A stretch of 63,984 nt of DNA, counting the filler, from Mitosporidium daphniae (Eukaryota): NCBI RefSeq assembly GCF_000760515.2. It is 4 parts of 4 records of this genome, joined end to end, with 100 filler letters (N's around TTAATTAATTAA, not from the genome) between each part and the next. Parts side by side here need not be neighbours in the genome. Positions count along the whole stretch, not along the records: positions 34,169 to 51,061 come from NW_013546730.1; positions 51,162 to 63,984 come from NW_013546698.1; 2 more parts are not named here. One strand, 5' to 3'. The notes beneath the pieces are model-generated. The model searched no databases, was not told where the DNA came from, and saw nothing but the letters and a program-made list of their open reading frames with translations. The position numbers and the translations under genes were made by a program. The first letter of the stretch is position 1. The number at the start of each line of letters is the position of its first letter. Positions 45,304 through 58,526 of this stretch are shown here, in pieces.

Positions 45304-46659
45304 TTATGTGGCGAGCTCTTTTCGTGAATATTTTTCTAGATGTGAATAGAGCTCATGCAGCGATTGTTCCGTTTTCGCCCTGATCAAGTAGCAGGTAAGC
45401 TTCTCTTCTGGATTCAGGCTAATAAACGAGACGCTCTTTTCGGATGGTTTCAGTGGCATCAAGGAAATCCCAGAAGCATATGAATTGAGAAGCAACTTTG
45501 ATGTCGACCCCTGCGCCCTTGCAATAATTCTTTGTTTGGGTGCAGAATCTGGGCAGCTAGTCTCGTTGATACGCAGTGAAGCAACTCCAAGATCTTGCCA
45601 TGTTTTGTCGGACTGGCTTAAGGCCATCACATAAACCTTGCATTTGAGTGCAAAAATAACAGTATCCGATTCTTCTCCAGGACCTTTGACGCATGGGTCA
45701 ACCTCCTCAATTACAACGGGCTCATCTTCTTCCTCCTCGCCATGGCCGGTTTCTTCCTTTTCAAGTTCCGCATTTTTTGCTTGTTCTGTGGAAGAGAAAT
45801 CTGGCTTGTCGGCAGTTAGAAACGAAAAAATCGAGCCAGAAGCTGAAGTCGAGGACGGCAAAGAGAATAGACTCTTTGCCTCAGAAGAAGGCTTCATAAA
45901 TGAAAAGGGTTTTTGTGCAGGCTCAGATGCGTTCAATGCGAACGAAAAGGGGGGTTTTTCCGAAGTGAACTCACTGGAAACCGTGGAGGCAGATGCTGGA
46001 GATAAGAAAGAAAAATTACTAGCAGGCTTATCGACCAAAGTATTAAAAGAAAGCAGAGATTTAGAATCATTTTTAGTGGCCGGCCCCTCCCTTTGGACGG
46101 ACATGTTGATGTTTTCATTAAAATCGGTCGTTTGAAGGACAGCCGGCGACTTTGAATCCAGATTTCCGTTTTGGGATTTGGACATAATCTCTTGGAGATG
46201 GTTTCTGTATGTATCGAAAGTACCAGACAGGTCTCCTGTCGGATTCACTTTAAAGGTCTTTTCGATGTGTTCAAGAAAACACTTATTAAGGCCATGAATG
46301 TGAAGCGGGGCATCAAATGCAGTGGGAGCATCCTTCAGATCAGGCTTGGAAGTTTGAGATGTTTGCACCATACCCTTGGCGAAAGGTTTAAACGAGATTT
46401 TTTCCGCGGTGTTTTTGAATGAATTGTCCAAAAATCTCCTGGGCTTGACAATCCTACAGTTAAATGGTAAAGGTGGCACATACTTTCTGCTTTTTAGCAG
46501 CGATGGGTTGATGCTATTTTTTATCTAACTTCAAAACATGCGATTTCCTACCTCTTCCTCTTCTGCTTGTTCGTCTTCAGAGCCAGAGTTTTCACACGGC
46601 CTGACATCTTCCTCCGTTGGTGCGAGCTGGGTGATTTGATAAGCACTTGCCCTTTTCAT
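45304..46659 (-). CDS. NUP2: Nucleoporin Nup2/Nup50
   Basis: N-terminal MKRASAYQIT, R-IVKPRR, GLNKCF helix, FSF repeats and a C-terminal RanBD (GEESD..KCKVY..WQDLGV..LLLN). Confidence 0.8.
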
Positions 46660-46700
46660 TAGTGCCAGGGTTAAATTTCAATAATTAAAGTTTGCTAACT

Positions 46701-47483
46701 TTATTGTTGTTTGCTTTTAGGCTGTGGCGGCGAATCCCAACCATACAACGGCACGAAGGATTCAAAAAATCCGCAATCTTCATATAAATTTGGAAAGATC
46801 CAAAATCCGGGAAGCCCCGCAATTAAACACAATAGATACAAAACAAGTCGAATAACAGAGACAAGTAGCAAAAGACCCACGAGGGCAATACAAACCATCG
46901 TCAGATACCAGGCCCCCAATCTTAGTTGGTACGGCCAAAGTGGGTACATTATTCCAAAAAACAGAAGTATAAGAATCCCAAAAGACAACATGGTGGAAAA
47001 CAGCTTGGATCCCTCATAAATCCAAATGAACTTTGTGTCTTCAGACCAAGAAACCGAAGGGTCTGGACTAACCAAGTAAATCACCTCTGGCTTTGGCAAT
47101 TGAACATTTGGCGATTGATTTCCCGAGATGGTCTCGGCACGTATCATTGCTTGCTGCATCGGGGTCAGAGGTATTTCTTTTGTTCCATTGACCATTGCTT
47201 TGATGAAATAGCCGTTTTTTAGCAGCATTAGTAGCAGCTGTTTTGCGTGGTCTGGAGAAGTTATGGCAAAATCAAGGGGAAAGGGTTTTTTTTTATTGCC
47301 GCTTGATGAAGATTCAAGTAGAATGGAAACAGCCTCCCTTCCAGAAAATATTTCCACCCTTCGCTCGATAGAAATTGCATCATAGATGGGAACAGATGAT
47401 TTTAAAAAATCAGCAACCTGGCCTAATTGTTTGGAAGAAAGGGAGTTAATGTCTGAGCTTCGCTTTTTAGCAACCACAGCCAT
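46701..47483 (-). CDS. SEC62: ER translocation protein Sec62
   Basis: RVEIFSGREAV, FIWIYEG, MYPLWP..LRLGAWYL, GFWIFPNLYEDCGFFESFVPLYGW. Confidence 0.92.
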   Translation of the reverse strand: MAVVAKKRSSDINSLSSKQLGQVADFLKSSVPIYDAISIERRVEIFSGREAVSILLESSSSGNKKKPFPLDFAITSPDHAKQLLLMLLKNGYFIKAMVNGTKEIPLTPMQQAMIRAETISGNQSPNVQLPKPEVIYLVSPDPSVSWSEDTKFIWIYEGSKLFSTMLSFGILILLFFGIMYPLWPYQLRLGAWYLTMVCIALVGLLLLVSVIRLVLYLLCLIAGLPGFWIFPNLYEDCGFFESFVPLYGWDSPPQPKSKQQ

Positions 47484-47542
47484 GATAGCAGACACTGATG
47501 ACAAGATTAAAACAAAGGTTCAAAAATACTGCTAAAACTAAA

Positions 47543-47610
47543 CTATAATCACAAACCCTAACCCTACAATCGCCAACCCTAACCCAGGCTATAATCACCA
47601 ACCTTAAACT
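47543..47610. repeat. Three ~21-25 bp tandem units with telomere-like AACCCTAACC core
   Basis: ctataatcacaaaccctaacc / ctacaatcgccaaccctaacccagg / ctataatcaccaaccttaaac. Confidence 0.75.
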
Positions 47611-47699
47611 GAAGGATAACAACAAGCCTATCATATGAAATGCTTAAAAGGCAATTTTTTTCTGGCATCGTTTTATATAGAATAGATGGCGACATTCCG

Positions 47700-50600
47700 T
47701 CAATTTGACGGTATTAAATCCGCTAGCTGATCTTCAGAAAACAGAGGCAAAGTGGGCAATGTTTGGCATGAGTACTTTACCAAGCTTTTTTCGTATTCCT
47801 CCAAACTTGTTCTGAATTCTTCAGACGGCTTCTGGACCTTTTTCATCTTGGCCAATAGCTCTTTAAAGTTTCCAAAGACATTTCCATCAGGCAGTTTATC
47901 ATAATAATATGGCAACGCCTGGATGATTTTCTTTGCTGATTTTTCGGTATTAATGTTTATCTGCGAAAGACAAAAGGACAAATTCGACCACTGAGCAGGC
48001 GTCCTTGCAAGCTGGAACCGTGAACACACCTTTTCAATCACAGACTCAATGTGCTTATCCTATTAAAGTTATGTCGAATGCCAAATGGAATACCTTGTCG
48101 ATAAAGTTTAAAAGAAAGTGCATAATTGCCTTGAACTTTATGGAGTCTATCCTTTCATCGGAAGACAGGCAGGATATCATATCTGGAAGAGCATTAAAAA
48201 GTGAATGATCCTTTGCTGAAAATTCGGAGAAAAACATTTTGGCAAAGTTCACAATGCTCGAGTTGTCATCAACCAGACATAGGCAGAGATCTGCAAGAGA
48301 CCCTTTACCCTTTATGATTCCATTTATGATTAAATGGCTGATAACAATAATTGCATTGGTGCGGACAACACACGAGGAGTCTGAAAGCGTTTCAAATAGA
48401 TACTTGAGCGAGTGATCCAAATGGGCACCGTGAATTAAAATCAAATCGCCAAATACAACAACTAGATTTGCTCTGACGATGGCATCGATTCCTGGAGATA
48501 GCAACAGTTGGACAAAAATTTTCAAGTAAGATTGGCAGAATTTGGACGAAGACAGCATCATAGAAGAAAGACAAAACATTCCCGATAAAAATAACTCCCT
48601 GTGCGAAGATGTTGCATTTCCTCCATTTTGTAAAGCCGACGTGCAAAGCTCCGCAATCATCGGGATAAAGTGTGACAAAAGCGAGCTTTTATCAAATAGA
48701 AACGCCGTTTCCCGCAAGTAGGAGATCTGTTCGCGGATCTCTTCTTCTAAAGAAATATTTTGCAAATCCATGGACGTCCTGCGCTCTTCGGAGATCTCTG
48801 CATCATTTTTTACTGATTTCCGCTGTGTCAAAGTTTGTTCAAGAAATTCCAAATACGTTACATATTGAATACAAACTTGGCCAAGCAGGAACAGAACCTT
48901 TGAAAAGACAATGATGTGTGTCTTTTTTGAGCCGATCGAGCAAGAACAGATGTGGATGATTTTTTTCAACAGCACACTAAAGATATTTACGGGCTGTGAA
49001 CAGGATTTGAAAATAACTCTGGTAGCCGATTGGAGCAATTCAAAAATTGTCCCACAATCAACTGTGGGCGTAAGAAAAATGAGATGAAGAATTAAACCGC
49101 AAACCATCGATGGGAGCGGTTCGCTAGAAGATAGAGTATTATAGGCAACATTGCAGGAAGAATAACTTGCTAACAAGAACTTCAAAGTCTGAGAGACCAA
49201 AATCGGGTCGAAACGACAACCTTTATGGTCAAGACCAACTGACAATAGTAGCGGCATCTTTTCATGGCAAGTTGAGGAGGGATCAAGGCAAGACAACAAA
49301 AGTATTGCACATCTTCGGAAAGAAATATGTTCATTGGGGTTCGCGAATATTTTCCACAGCAGAGAAACGATTTCTGGGGCCATATGTCTTTTCGACATCA
49401 GTTGCCAAAGTATCCTCTCAAGAGATTTGAATTCGGAAATCGAGAGCGAGCCTTTACTTATAAATGATAGTAAATTCCAAGTGCATTTGTTGGCCCATTC
49501 GCTTGCAGATTGCGTTGGATCTCGAAAAAATAAGTGCTGACTAAAGGCGTTCAAAAGATGCTCTTTAATAGAACCTTGATTCAAAATGCCCTCCGCCATA
49601 TTAGAAGACCCTTCAATAGACTCAACGGACCAAATCAAATACAAGAGCCTTTTGAGCGTCGAATTCTTATCTACAAGCTTATATGATATACACAAAGAAG
49701 TAAGCTCAATTGCGCCCACCACCTCAGATTTGGAAGAGGAAAAAAGGATTTGGAAAACAATTTCAATGGCCGATTGGAATTCTTTTATAAATCGAATTCC
49801 ATCTGAATAATATTTTTTCTTAAGAATCAGTTCAGCAAAAGAAGCATCTTCCTCTGATCCTGTGGCATGTTCAAGCAATTCAGATGTAGGAACATCCGGC
49901 ATATTTTCAATAGGATCGTCAAAGTCAATGCTGGAGCTTGGAATTTCGCCATCGGCTTCTAGTTTATCGGTAGTAGATTTTTCCTAAAATAAACCAAGGT
50001 ATAATGGGGGTTACAAGCAGCGATTTACTGATTTGCCTATACATTGCAGTATATTCCGTTAGGGATAATCCACCGCCGTCAATTGAAAATGGATGGAACG
50101 ATAAAATATCATTCAGCAATTGAAGCGCTTTTTTTCGGACAATAATTGACTTGTCGGAAAGCCGATCAGTTGATAACTGCAAAATATGCAATCGATGTGA
50201 GAACAAGACAAAGTTCTTTTTAATAAGAAGAGATAGAGTTGACAACACCTTTGCCCTGACAAACGAGCTGTTGTCTTTAAACCTTTCCTCAAGTATTCGA
50301 AGAAAGGGCGAAACAAGTCTTTGCAATTCTTCAGAAGAAGACTCGATTGCATATAGCGAGCATATTACATTCCCAATCGATTCAATGATACTACATCGAA
50401 TATTGTATGACTAAAAATAAATGCCTGGAAATACCTCAGATCCAAGAAGATCCGACATGAGCGTAATTCTCTTATATAGGAGATTAGGCAAGACTATAGA
50501 AAACGATAAAAGAAATGCAGAAAAGTTTTTAAAAATGACCGAGTCCGACGTGTTTTCGGCAACTAAAATGTTCGAGCGGATAATTTCACTAAACAATCAG

Positions 50601-51061
50601 AATCGGATGCATACTAAAAAATTCTATCCGAAAAATCAATTTGATATTGCGGATCAAGAGACTCGAGAATGCTACACAAAACATCGGAAAATCCCTCAAC
50701 GGCTCTTAGTTGTTTGAGTAAAATGGTGATCACATCTACAAGTACATATTGAGACACAGGTACCTTCTTTTGACCTGACCGTACCGCTAGTAAAAGCAAA
50801 GCCAACAACCGAAGAAAGAGTGGACTTTAACTGCGCAGAGATCTTTGATGATGAAAAATAAAATTGGATTATTTGGAAAATCAAGCTACCGTGATTATGA
50901 AGGCCAAGGATTACCCCATCACGATTTCTCTTTCTGTTTTTAAATGCCAAAATTGCTCAATTTTGATGCTGACAAAAAACAATCTTAGGTCTTCAAACAG
51001 TTGGAGAGAAATCTGCAACGGCATGTTCGACGCTGAAGAAGGCAAAAATGTCTCGCAGTAA
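47700..51061 (-). CDS. YCS4: Condensin HEAT subunit Ycs4/Cnd1/CAP-D2 (5' end lost at gap)
   Basis: LEERFKDNSSFVRAKVL, DKSIIVRKKA, VRANLVVVFGDL, SHLIINGIIKGKG, NALPDMISCLS. Several short introns. Confidence 0.92.
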
Positions 51062-51161
51062 NNNNNNNNNNNNNNNNNNNNNNNNNNNNNNNNNNNNNNN
51101 NNNNNTTAATTAATTAANNNNNNNNNNNNNNNNNNNNNNNNNNNNNNNNNNNNNNNNNNNN
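51062..51161. other. Assembly gap with artificial TTAATTAATTAA linker
   Basis: 100-nt N block with linker. Confidence 0.97.
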
Positions 51162-51323
51162 GTATATTTCTCCATCAAAAAATACGACTGCCATCGTTTT
51201 ACACCGACAAAGGGTTCCTATTTCCTTTATCTTTTTGAAGAGGCCACTTTTCCGCTTGAAAAAAGTATTGTGCCTATTTTTTCGGTTTTTAATAGCACAT
51301 ATTTCTATTTTTCTACGACCCAT
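51162..51323 (-). CDS. MADS-box transcription factor (N-terminal fragment)
   Basis: MGRRKIEI..IKN..NR..TFFKRKSGLFKK..E..TLC. Confidence 0.9.
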
Positions 51324-51564
51324 GATGGTCTCAAGACGATCGAGTGAAATACTCTGAACACAAGCATTTCTCGAATAGGTGAAAGCTTGATACAATTGTA
51401 AAACAGTTTCATTTTAATTAAATTTTACTATGTGTACTCTCCTCAATGAGTGGAAAGTTTTACAAATTCAAAATTCCATTGACCATGCGTCGATGGAATT
51501 TTGAACTGTGAAAACTGCCATAAAGGCTAGCTTGTCAAGAGAAACCGGAAAAATAATTATTGTT

Positions 51565-53559
51565 TTATTTACAAGTGACGTTGCCAAAGCTTAACAGGCT
51601 TTTGTCAAGGAGAGACTGGACAAATACGTCGCTTTTGTTAAACGCCAAGCTCTTAACAATGAGCAAGATATGACAAACCTTATTGAAATACTGGATGGCT
51701 TCCACTTTCTCGTCAAGCAGAGTCATTACGATTCCCAACCATGCATATAACCGGGCAGAAAAGGGACACGACGCCAAATTCGTTGCAGGCAGAGGATCCA
51801 TCGGGCTGGGTGCAATATCTCCGGTGAAGAACTCCAAGCTTTCAGCCCCTTTCAAATGATAGGCCGAATTACCAAAATCAGAAACGTTCAAGTAGGAGAT
51901 GCCTAATGAAACTAAAAGAGAAAATCTGGCTTCCATCGGAAAATGGGGAAAGTGTTTAACAGCCTCAATGGCCAACAACCCATTATTGATGGCCAAGTCC
52001 CATCTGATCGATATAAATTGCCATAACCCCTACCTGTTTTGATGGGCGTAAAAAGCACTTAATGATATCAGGATTTCCGGATGGTCTTTTTCCTCAGATT
52101 GAGCAGATAAAAAGTATTTCTCGGCAATATTCAACTTTTCATTGATGACAAACTCTTTTGCTAGAAACATGAGCGGATAGATGGATCTAAGGATTAGCAT
52201 AAAGACAGACTTTGGCAGCAGCCCAGAGGCGTTTTTATAGCAAGAGATAGCCAACTCGTGTTCCCCGAAGATTGAATAAACATGACCCGCCCCAATCCAA
52301 AGATATGGAAAGCTTTTGGTGCCAACATTTATGCCCTTTAAAAAAGAGCGTTTGGCCTCATCGAATTTCTTCTTGAGCAAATAAAAGCACCCGATTGCAA
52401 AAAGAGAAATTTCGGATCTTGGATTGTCAAGTATAAGTCTCTGTGCAATTGAAAAGAGCAACATGTCGTCCGCAGACTCGAAAGCTCCCGAGATCACGAA
52501 CGGCAAATGATCATAATAATGAGGGAATGTCATTGAAAGTCTAAAGTAAAAAGAACATTTGTACTTTTGGGAGCAATCAAATGCCGTGGCATAGTCGTAG
52601 TTGAGATATGCCTTTTCAACAAAAATACGTTTAAATGGCAACATGTCTTCAAGTGCAACATCGGGATGCCTCAAAGTAACATCATTCTAAGGGATAAACA
52701 ACGTCACAACTACAGTAAGCGTGTCGCAGAACGAAAGTTGGTAGAAAGCCACTGCGAAAGTGTCATTATTTGCAATTAGCTGGTCTATGACAACCGATGC
52801 GAATGCATGCACTACAAGGTTATTGCGGTATGTTTTTTACAATCCGAGCTGGAAAGTATTTTCAGCGATTTGATGCATTCGAACGCCTATGGTAAAGACG
52901 GCAAACCGACCTTGACATTGTTTGGATCCAATAAAACCGCCTTTTTAAACAAAATAAGAGCTCGGTCCATCCATCCCAATCGATAAGAGATCTTTCCAAA
53001 TAAAAATAGCAGCAGCGATAATTTATAAGCCTCTCTTTGATCTTGCACGCTGTTGAACAAAGAGCTATTTTTCTCCAAAAGTTCATAGGCGGTCGAAAAT
53101 TCCTCCAACTCAATCTATGGGGATAAGAAACAGCATGTACATAGCACTCCAAAGTTAGTGCCAAGTTTCGAATGCAAGATAGTCTTTCCGTTCCACAAGG
53201 AAGCAACAAGATATCCAATGACTGGCGAAACCGCTTATTGTGGAAATATACCAACGCGATCGAATAGTAATCATCAGCGGTGTCTAAAGTTATCCCCATG
53301 CGTGCGTACTTGATAAGCCAAGCAAAATTTCGCCCCAGAAGATGGCAGCTTCCCAATTTCGGTCTTCAGTGTAGCATGTGAATTTTGATCTAATTTCGCT
53401 CTTGAGTGAGGCGGAGTTGGTATAGGCAAAAGCGAGGCTTTTTCCCTCTACAATATCTCGAGCCCGAACTTTTTTTTGGTTTGCGCTACTTATGTTTAGT
53501 GAATTTTCTGTATTTTGCTCACTAGCCAGATCAAATAGCATGTCTTTTTCTTGATGCAT
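51565..53559 (-). CDS. CDC16: APC/C TPR subunit Cdc16/Apc6
   Basis: AAIFWGE, FKKAVLLDP, SLFAIGCFYL, WIGAGH, GEHELAISCY..AS..LP..YPLMFL. Multi-exon; 3' end uncertain. Confidence 0.8.
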
Positions 53560-53746
53560 TGGTGCACTTTAGGGAATTTATAAAATATTTTAAATTTTAC
53601 ACGCCAACATAAACAGCTGGCTGGCACGTATAAACGGCAAAGGTACAACAGGTGCAGCAGGCACGCCTGCATAAAGGTGCGCTTAAACAAGATACCCACT
53701 GCTTTTTTGCATGTAACTTTTTAAAATATCGGCCAAAGACTCGTTT

Positions 53747-54094
53747 TCACCCTCCAAGTGATTGGGTTCGTTTAGACACAGCTCTAAAAGAAAATACATC
53801 CAGCTTACTTGAGAGCTCAAACATGTCAACATTTGGGATACCAGAGAGCGGTATGTATTGAAACGATGTCTTTGAAGCCAGGTTTAAAAACCCGTTTTCC
53901 GCTTGCGCGTGCAGATCTTTCGTATCTGCGTTAAAATTGCTTTTGCCATCTTGGCGATTCGTACTTGGCTGCGAAAGGCTATTTAAGATCTTGTCTATTT
54001 CGTTAAACTCTAATGTCGAAAAGCGGCGCGTCGAAAAGCAGCGTAACAAATGGCCGGACATCCGTGCCGCCCCGATGCTTGGGCAGAATGTCAT
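53747..54094 (-). CDS. Hypothetical small protein with mitochondrial presequence-like N-terminus
   Basis: An Arg/Ser-rich, acid-free start (ARMSGHLLRCFSTRRFST) fills the space between two genes. No family recognised. Confidence 0.4.
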   Translation of the reverse strand: MTFCPSIGAARMSGHLLRCFSTRRFSTLEFNEIDKILNSLSQPSTNRQDGKSNFNADTKDLHAQAENGFLNLASKTSFQYIPLSGIPNVDMFELSSKLDVFSFRAVSKRTQSLGG

Positions 54095-54117
54095 GGGCAA
54101 GTTAAAAATAAATATTT

Positions 54118-55005
54118 TTATTTGCCATTTTTACAATTCTTTCTCCGCTGCGTCAGAAGGGTTGCCAAATTCTGAGGCCGAGCATTTTTGGAGGCATTGA
54201 ACCGGGTGCTGAGAGCCTTTTCGATGTCCGAAGCATGTTCTGGCAGCAATTGCAAGCCGCCGATGGATATCTTTTTCAGCAGTTCTGCATCTATTTTCTG
54301 CTGAAACTCGATGTCCTCCTTTTCGGATCTAAATTTTTGGCGGACAACTTGGGATGATCGATAATCGTCCTTCCAGATGCTTTTCTGCGCATTAAATAAT
54401 CGCTCCAAGTATGGAGCCGCTTCTAATGCAACATTTTCGTCTTCAATGGATTTCTCTAGCCGGAAGAACGCATTTGTAGCCCTTTTCTTCTGCACCTCGA
54501 CATCCTCTTCCGGTCGCAAAACGGTCGATCCTGGCTGGTGAACCCACGTCTCGATTTTTCTTCTGGCCCCTTCGATGACTTTATAATCTGTTTCCTACAC
54601 AATGCAAATGTTAGATGGGACGAGACAAACCTTTGGGTCTGTCTGAATTTCAAACCAGTTTGGACATTGAGCACATTTCATCCGAAATGACAAAATAGGG
54701 GTGGTGAAGTAATCTCCGACCTTTTTTTTCTGTGCATTGAACCTAACTCCCATCGCTATGTGGGCATTGCAGCCTCCACACCAAATATTAAATGGCATTT
54801 CGAATCGGATAGTTACAGACCCATCTCCCTTTGGGCCGGTTCGGGCTGGCGTGGGAGTCTTGGATTTTTTGTATTTATTGATCGATCCCTATCAATTAGT
54901 GTCTTTGTGTATACATGTGATGGATCCCAATCCGGTGGATAATATTTGTTCACCGCCTTTCGCTCGGCCTACAACATTATTGATTAGCCGTCTTTTGGTT
55001 ACCAT
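54118..55005 (-). CDS. Yju2/Cwf16-family splicing factor, CCDC130/Saf4 type
   Basis: ATG, a 34-nt intron (54969-55002), AERKAVNKYYPPDWDP, then IRFEMPFNIWC..C..HIAMGVRFNA..FRMKC..C...EIQTDPK. Confidence 0.9.
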
Positions 55006-55096
55006 TGGCAAAGTGGAAAGGTTAAAAATTAATTTTTATTTTCTCAACTTTCCATGCACCACACCATGAAAACTTTGTCAAAAGTGCAAATCTCCA

Positions 55097-57568
55097 TTAC
55101 TTGATGTGTTGGAAACGATCGACAACGGCCCGCATTTGCAAAACATCCCATTCCTTTGCGCTGATCCACGACTCTCGAGATGCGTCGACCCGTGCAATGA
55201 CGCCAGCGCCCTTCCATGCCAACGAGCCAATATCAATATCCTTCGGGAGGCTAATGTATGAAATGAGAGATTCGCTTTCAATGGACGGAGGCATCGAAAC
55301 CGATGCAAGTGGCGACTTGCTTGACAATGCCAGTTCGGACAGCTTTTTTCTAAGCATCTGCTGAAACCCCGCGATTTGATGGCCGCTGCCAACCAAAAGA
55401 ATCATCCCAAGCCATTTCCGTATCTTGTCAATTCGATCTGCATTTTCATGTTTTAAAATGGCGCTGAAAATCAGCTCATGCAGGGATGAAAGCTCGTTTT
55501 TTATATTGCACGGTTTTTTCTCACTTTTGCTCGCTGCCATGGGGGCTTGAGAGGGAGAGGGGAATAATTCCTCCGTGATGTGCCTCATAATATGAATTTC
55601 TAAATTATCAATTGAGGAAAAAAAGTGGCCACATGTAGCATGTGAGTTTCTGTCTATCCATTGACAAGTAACGTCTGTCGCATTCATATGTGCACTTGCT
55701 ATGTGATTAAATAGAGCCTTAATTTCCGGCGTCTCGCCTTGAAAGCAACAGCACGAAATCGAGGGTTCCTTCATCAAACAGGCCCTGCAGCAGGGGCACG
55801 TGTCTGACGTGATAGTAGAGGATGCAGAAAGCTGTTCATTGGCACATGGTGCTAATGATACTGACAGAGAAGAGCCCAGGTTTATTGAATCTTCAATAAA
55901 GCTATTCTCATCCTGTTCGTCCGCGATCTGCTCAGCCAAGATTTTTTTCTTTGTTTTCTCAACCATCAATACTTCGGAATCTTGGTCAGAAAGAAAATAT
56001 TGCGAGGCTTTGAGAGAAGCTGCAGCACGAGAGGGTACATCGATAAATGACGGGTTAAAGTAAGTTAGTGGAGACATGATTCTCTCCTCGTGTGCTTTAA
56101 AGTGATACGAGGCGGTAGATCTTCCCGGAATCCTTACAAGAAAGTCAACCACTTGGGTCGATAATTCAGTAGCATCCTCCAAAGTCCAACAGCGTTCTTT
56201 TAACTCGGTTAAAAGATTTACGTCTGGAGAACACGAAAGAGATAATGCGGTATACGGGAAATCTATGCCCTTTAGTAATTCCATGAATAAAATAAGAATA
56301 TCGTCCGATCCAAAACCAAGCGATTGTCGAGAATCAACGTCAAGAATCCCATCTTCAACAATGGCAACAGATGTTTCTTCCGCGCCTACATCAACGATAA
56401 CCGCTGAAGAACAGCCTGCTCCATAAGCTGCTGCAAGCGATTCCTATCATGGCATTATACATTGGAAAGTGCTAACTTGGATCAGCAAAACGGCGTTAAA
56501 GTTGCATTTTCCAAATAGCGCGTTCAACCAGCTTTTAATTTCCAATCTGGTGCAGTTATCCGGGATCACAAGCACCACCCAATAATTCTACCCATGAGGC
56601 TTAAAATACAGTACCTTGAGATTTTCTAGGGTTATCCCCAACAAAGATTGGCACCCGCTGATTACCATTGCAGCCAACTCATCTTGACAATGGAGGCTTG
56701 CATCTATTTGCTCCTTATTTTCCAGTAGGACTTTGTCGCTCTCCGCCTTTTCTTGTTCTTGCTCTTCTTTTGTTTCTTCTTTTGATGCATCAAAGGACGC
56801 TGTTGGATAGAAGATTCGTCTCCGATGGATAGGATATCGAATTTCGGTTGACTCCTCATCCTTTGAAGGGAGAAGCAATGCCTACTGCTGTAATGAAACG
56901 ATCCAAACCTCTTGTCCACATAAAAATGGAGATGCGTTGGCATCTGTTGGGAACTTGGAAAACTCGATTCGAAATGCGTCATTGTGTGCTGGGATTATAG
57001 TAGGAGATATTCCGGAATTGTAAGAGCATAACTGCGAAGCCACGTTGGAAATAGACCTTCTCGACTGCTTACCGGAAAGAAGCATGTTTGATTCTTTTCT
57101 TAGTTGCGAAGAATTTTCTTCCTACAAGTGAAAATGTTTTAAGCGCATACCCATTCACCTTTATCGATAAAATAAGGCCAAAATATAGGTCGTATGGACG
57201 AAATAATTCCGGCTGAGTGTGCTTGCTCCTGCTTGATCGTTGTATTTGAGGGATTGGCCTTTTTCTTGACGGCCAATACATTTCCTAGATGCTTTGGAAA
57301 TGGTTCCTTTGCTAGCCCAAATTTCCATGTCTTTGAGCCAGGATGGATCACTATGACCTTGTCAGAAGGGAGAGGTGGAGATGATACGGATGGCAAAGCT
57401 GTTTGGTGGTCACCCTCACCAAGTTCTTCAAAAGGAGCAGCTACCAGTGGCGCAAATCCTGTTCCCGATTTCCACAGCTAAAATGGATGTGTAAAATTAT
57501 GTGGGTACCGTTTCCGAAAACCAAGTGTTACATTTCCTCCTATATGATGACGTAATGGATCTGTTCAT
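55097..57568 (-). CDS. ARP8: Actin-related protein Arp8 (INO80 complex)
   Basis: VIVIHPGS, YPIHR, VLVIPD, QESLAAAYGAG..AVIVDVGA, GFGSDDI, LAWKGAGV, ESWISAKEW. Confidence 0.87.
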
Positions 57569-57762
57569 TGCAGAAAGGGGCCTTAGCATTGTAGTTTTGT
57601 CATCGCTCCTCATTGCCTCCAATGAAAGATGGAGGATTCGAGGATGCGGCGGTGATGCGCCTTGAAACGGTAATGAGGGCGAAACGGAGGCGGAGTAATC
57701 TTTCATTTACAACTAAATCTGAAAATATGGTATTGTGTAGAAATAAAAAGTTCCTAATTTTA

Positions 57763-58478
57763 ATGAAAATCGAGACACCCACGATCTCTGTTGCTATCAC
57801 CAAGGCAGAGCGGGAAAAAAAAGATGGCTCGCCTGCCTTGATTAAGGAGGAGAGTCATAAAAGTAAAAAGTATCATGATCCTATCATTAAGAAGGAGGCT
57901 GAGGAGGGTGACAATGATAGTGGCAATGATAACGATAATGGTGACATTACAGATGGACCTCCAGATGAAGAGGAGGGGGAACTTGTTTCCGATGCCATTG
58001 CTAAAGAGTACGTGTATTCGTCTTGCTTACCATAGAATATCCTCAAATGCACTTACCTTATATACATACGAGCTTTCTTTGTTGGAAAATGGTATTTATG
58101 TCGATAATACTTTATTTCGCAGACACACACCCTGAACTGCTGGAGGCACTGGAGGAGGCTGCCAATGCTCGAGACAAAAAGATCGAAATTGCCACCAAAA
58201 GATACCAGCTTGAAAAGGAAAGGATAGCTCGCACCTTTGAAGCAATGCGGGCCGCAAACCTTTCCGAGCTCAGGGTAATGGCGTTTACGATTATCAAATT
58301 ATAGTCTGTCGAAATGGATATATTTGAGGCATTTTATAAACAAAGCTTCCTGTCGATCAGAAGGAAACTTTCCTCTCGCTCGCGAAATGCCGCCAAAAGT
58401 ACCCAAGCCGTAAATGGAAACAACGCCGCCAAGCAACAATCGCCGCCAAATGAGGTCATCGCCACATCTCAAGTTTAA
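57763..58478 (+). CDS. Sds3/Dep1-like Rpd3L histone deacetylase complex subunit
   Basis: Acidic N-terminus, then THPELLEALEE...RDKKIEIA..RYQLE coiled coil. Confidence 0.55.
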
Positions 58479-58526
58479 TGATTTAAATTTTTGTATAAAT
58501 CGAATGAAATTTAAAACTTTTAATTT

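Noticed and set aside
8875..53559. Mitotic genes (DSN1, MPS1, YCS4, CDC16) as a functional cluster
   Set aside because: They are spread over different contigs among unrelated genes.
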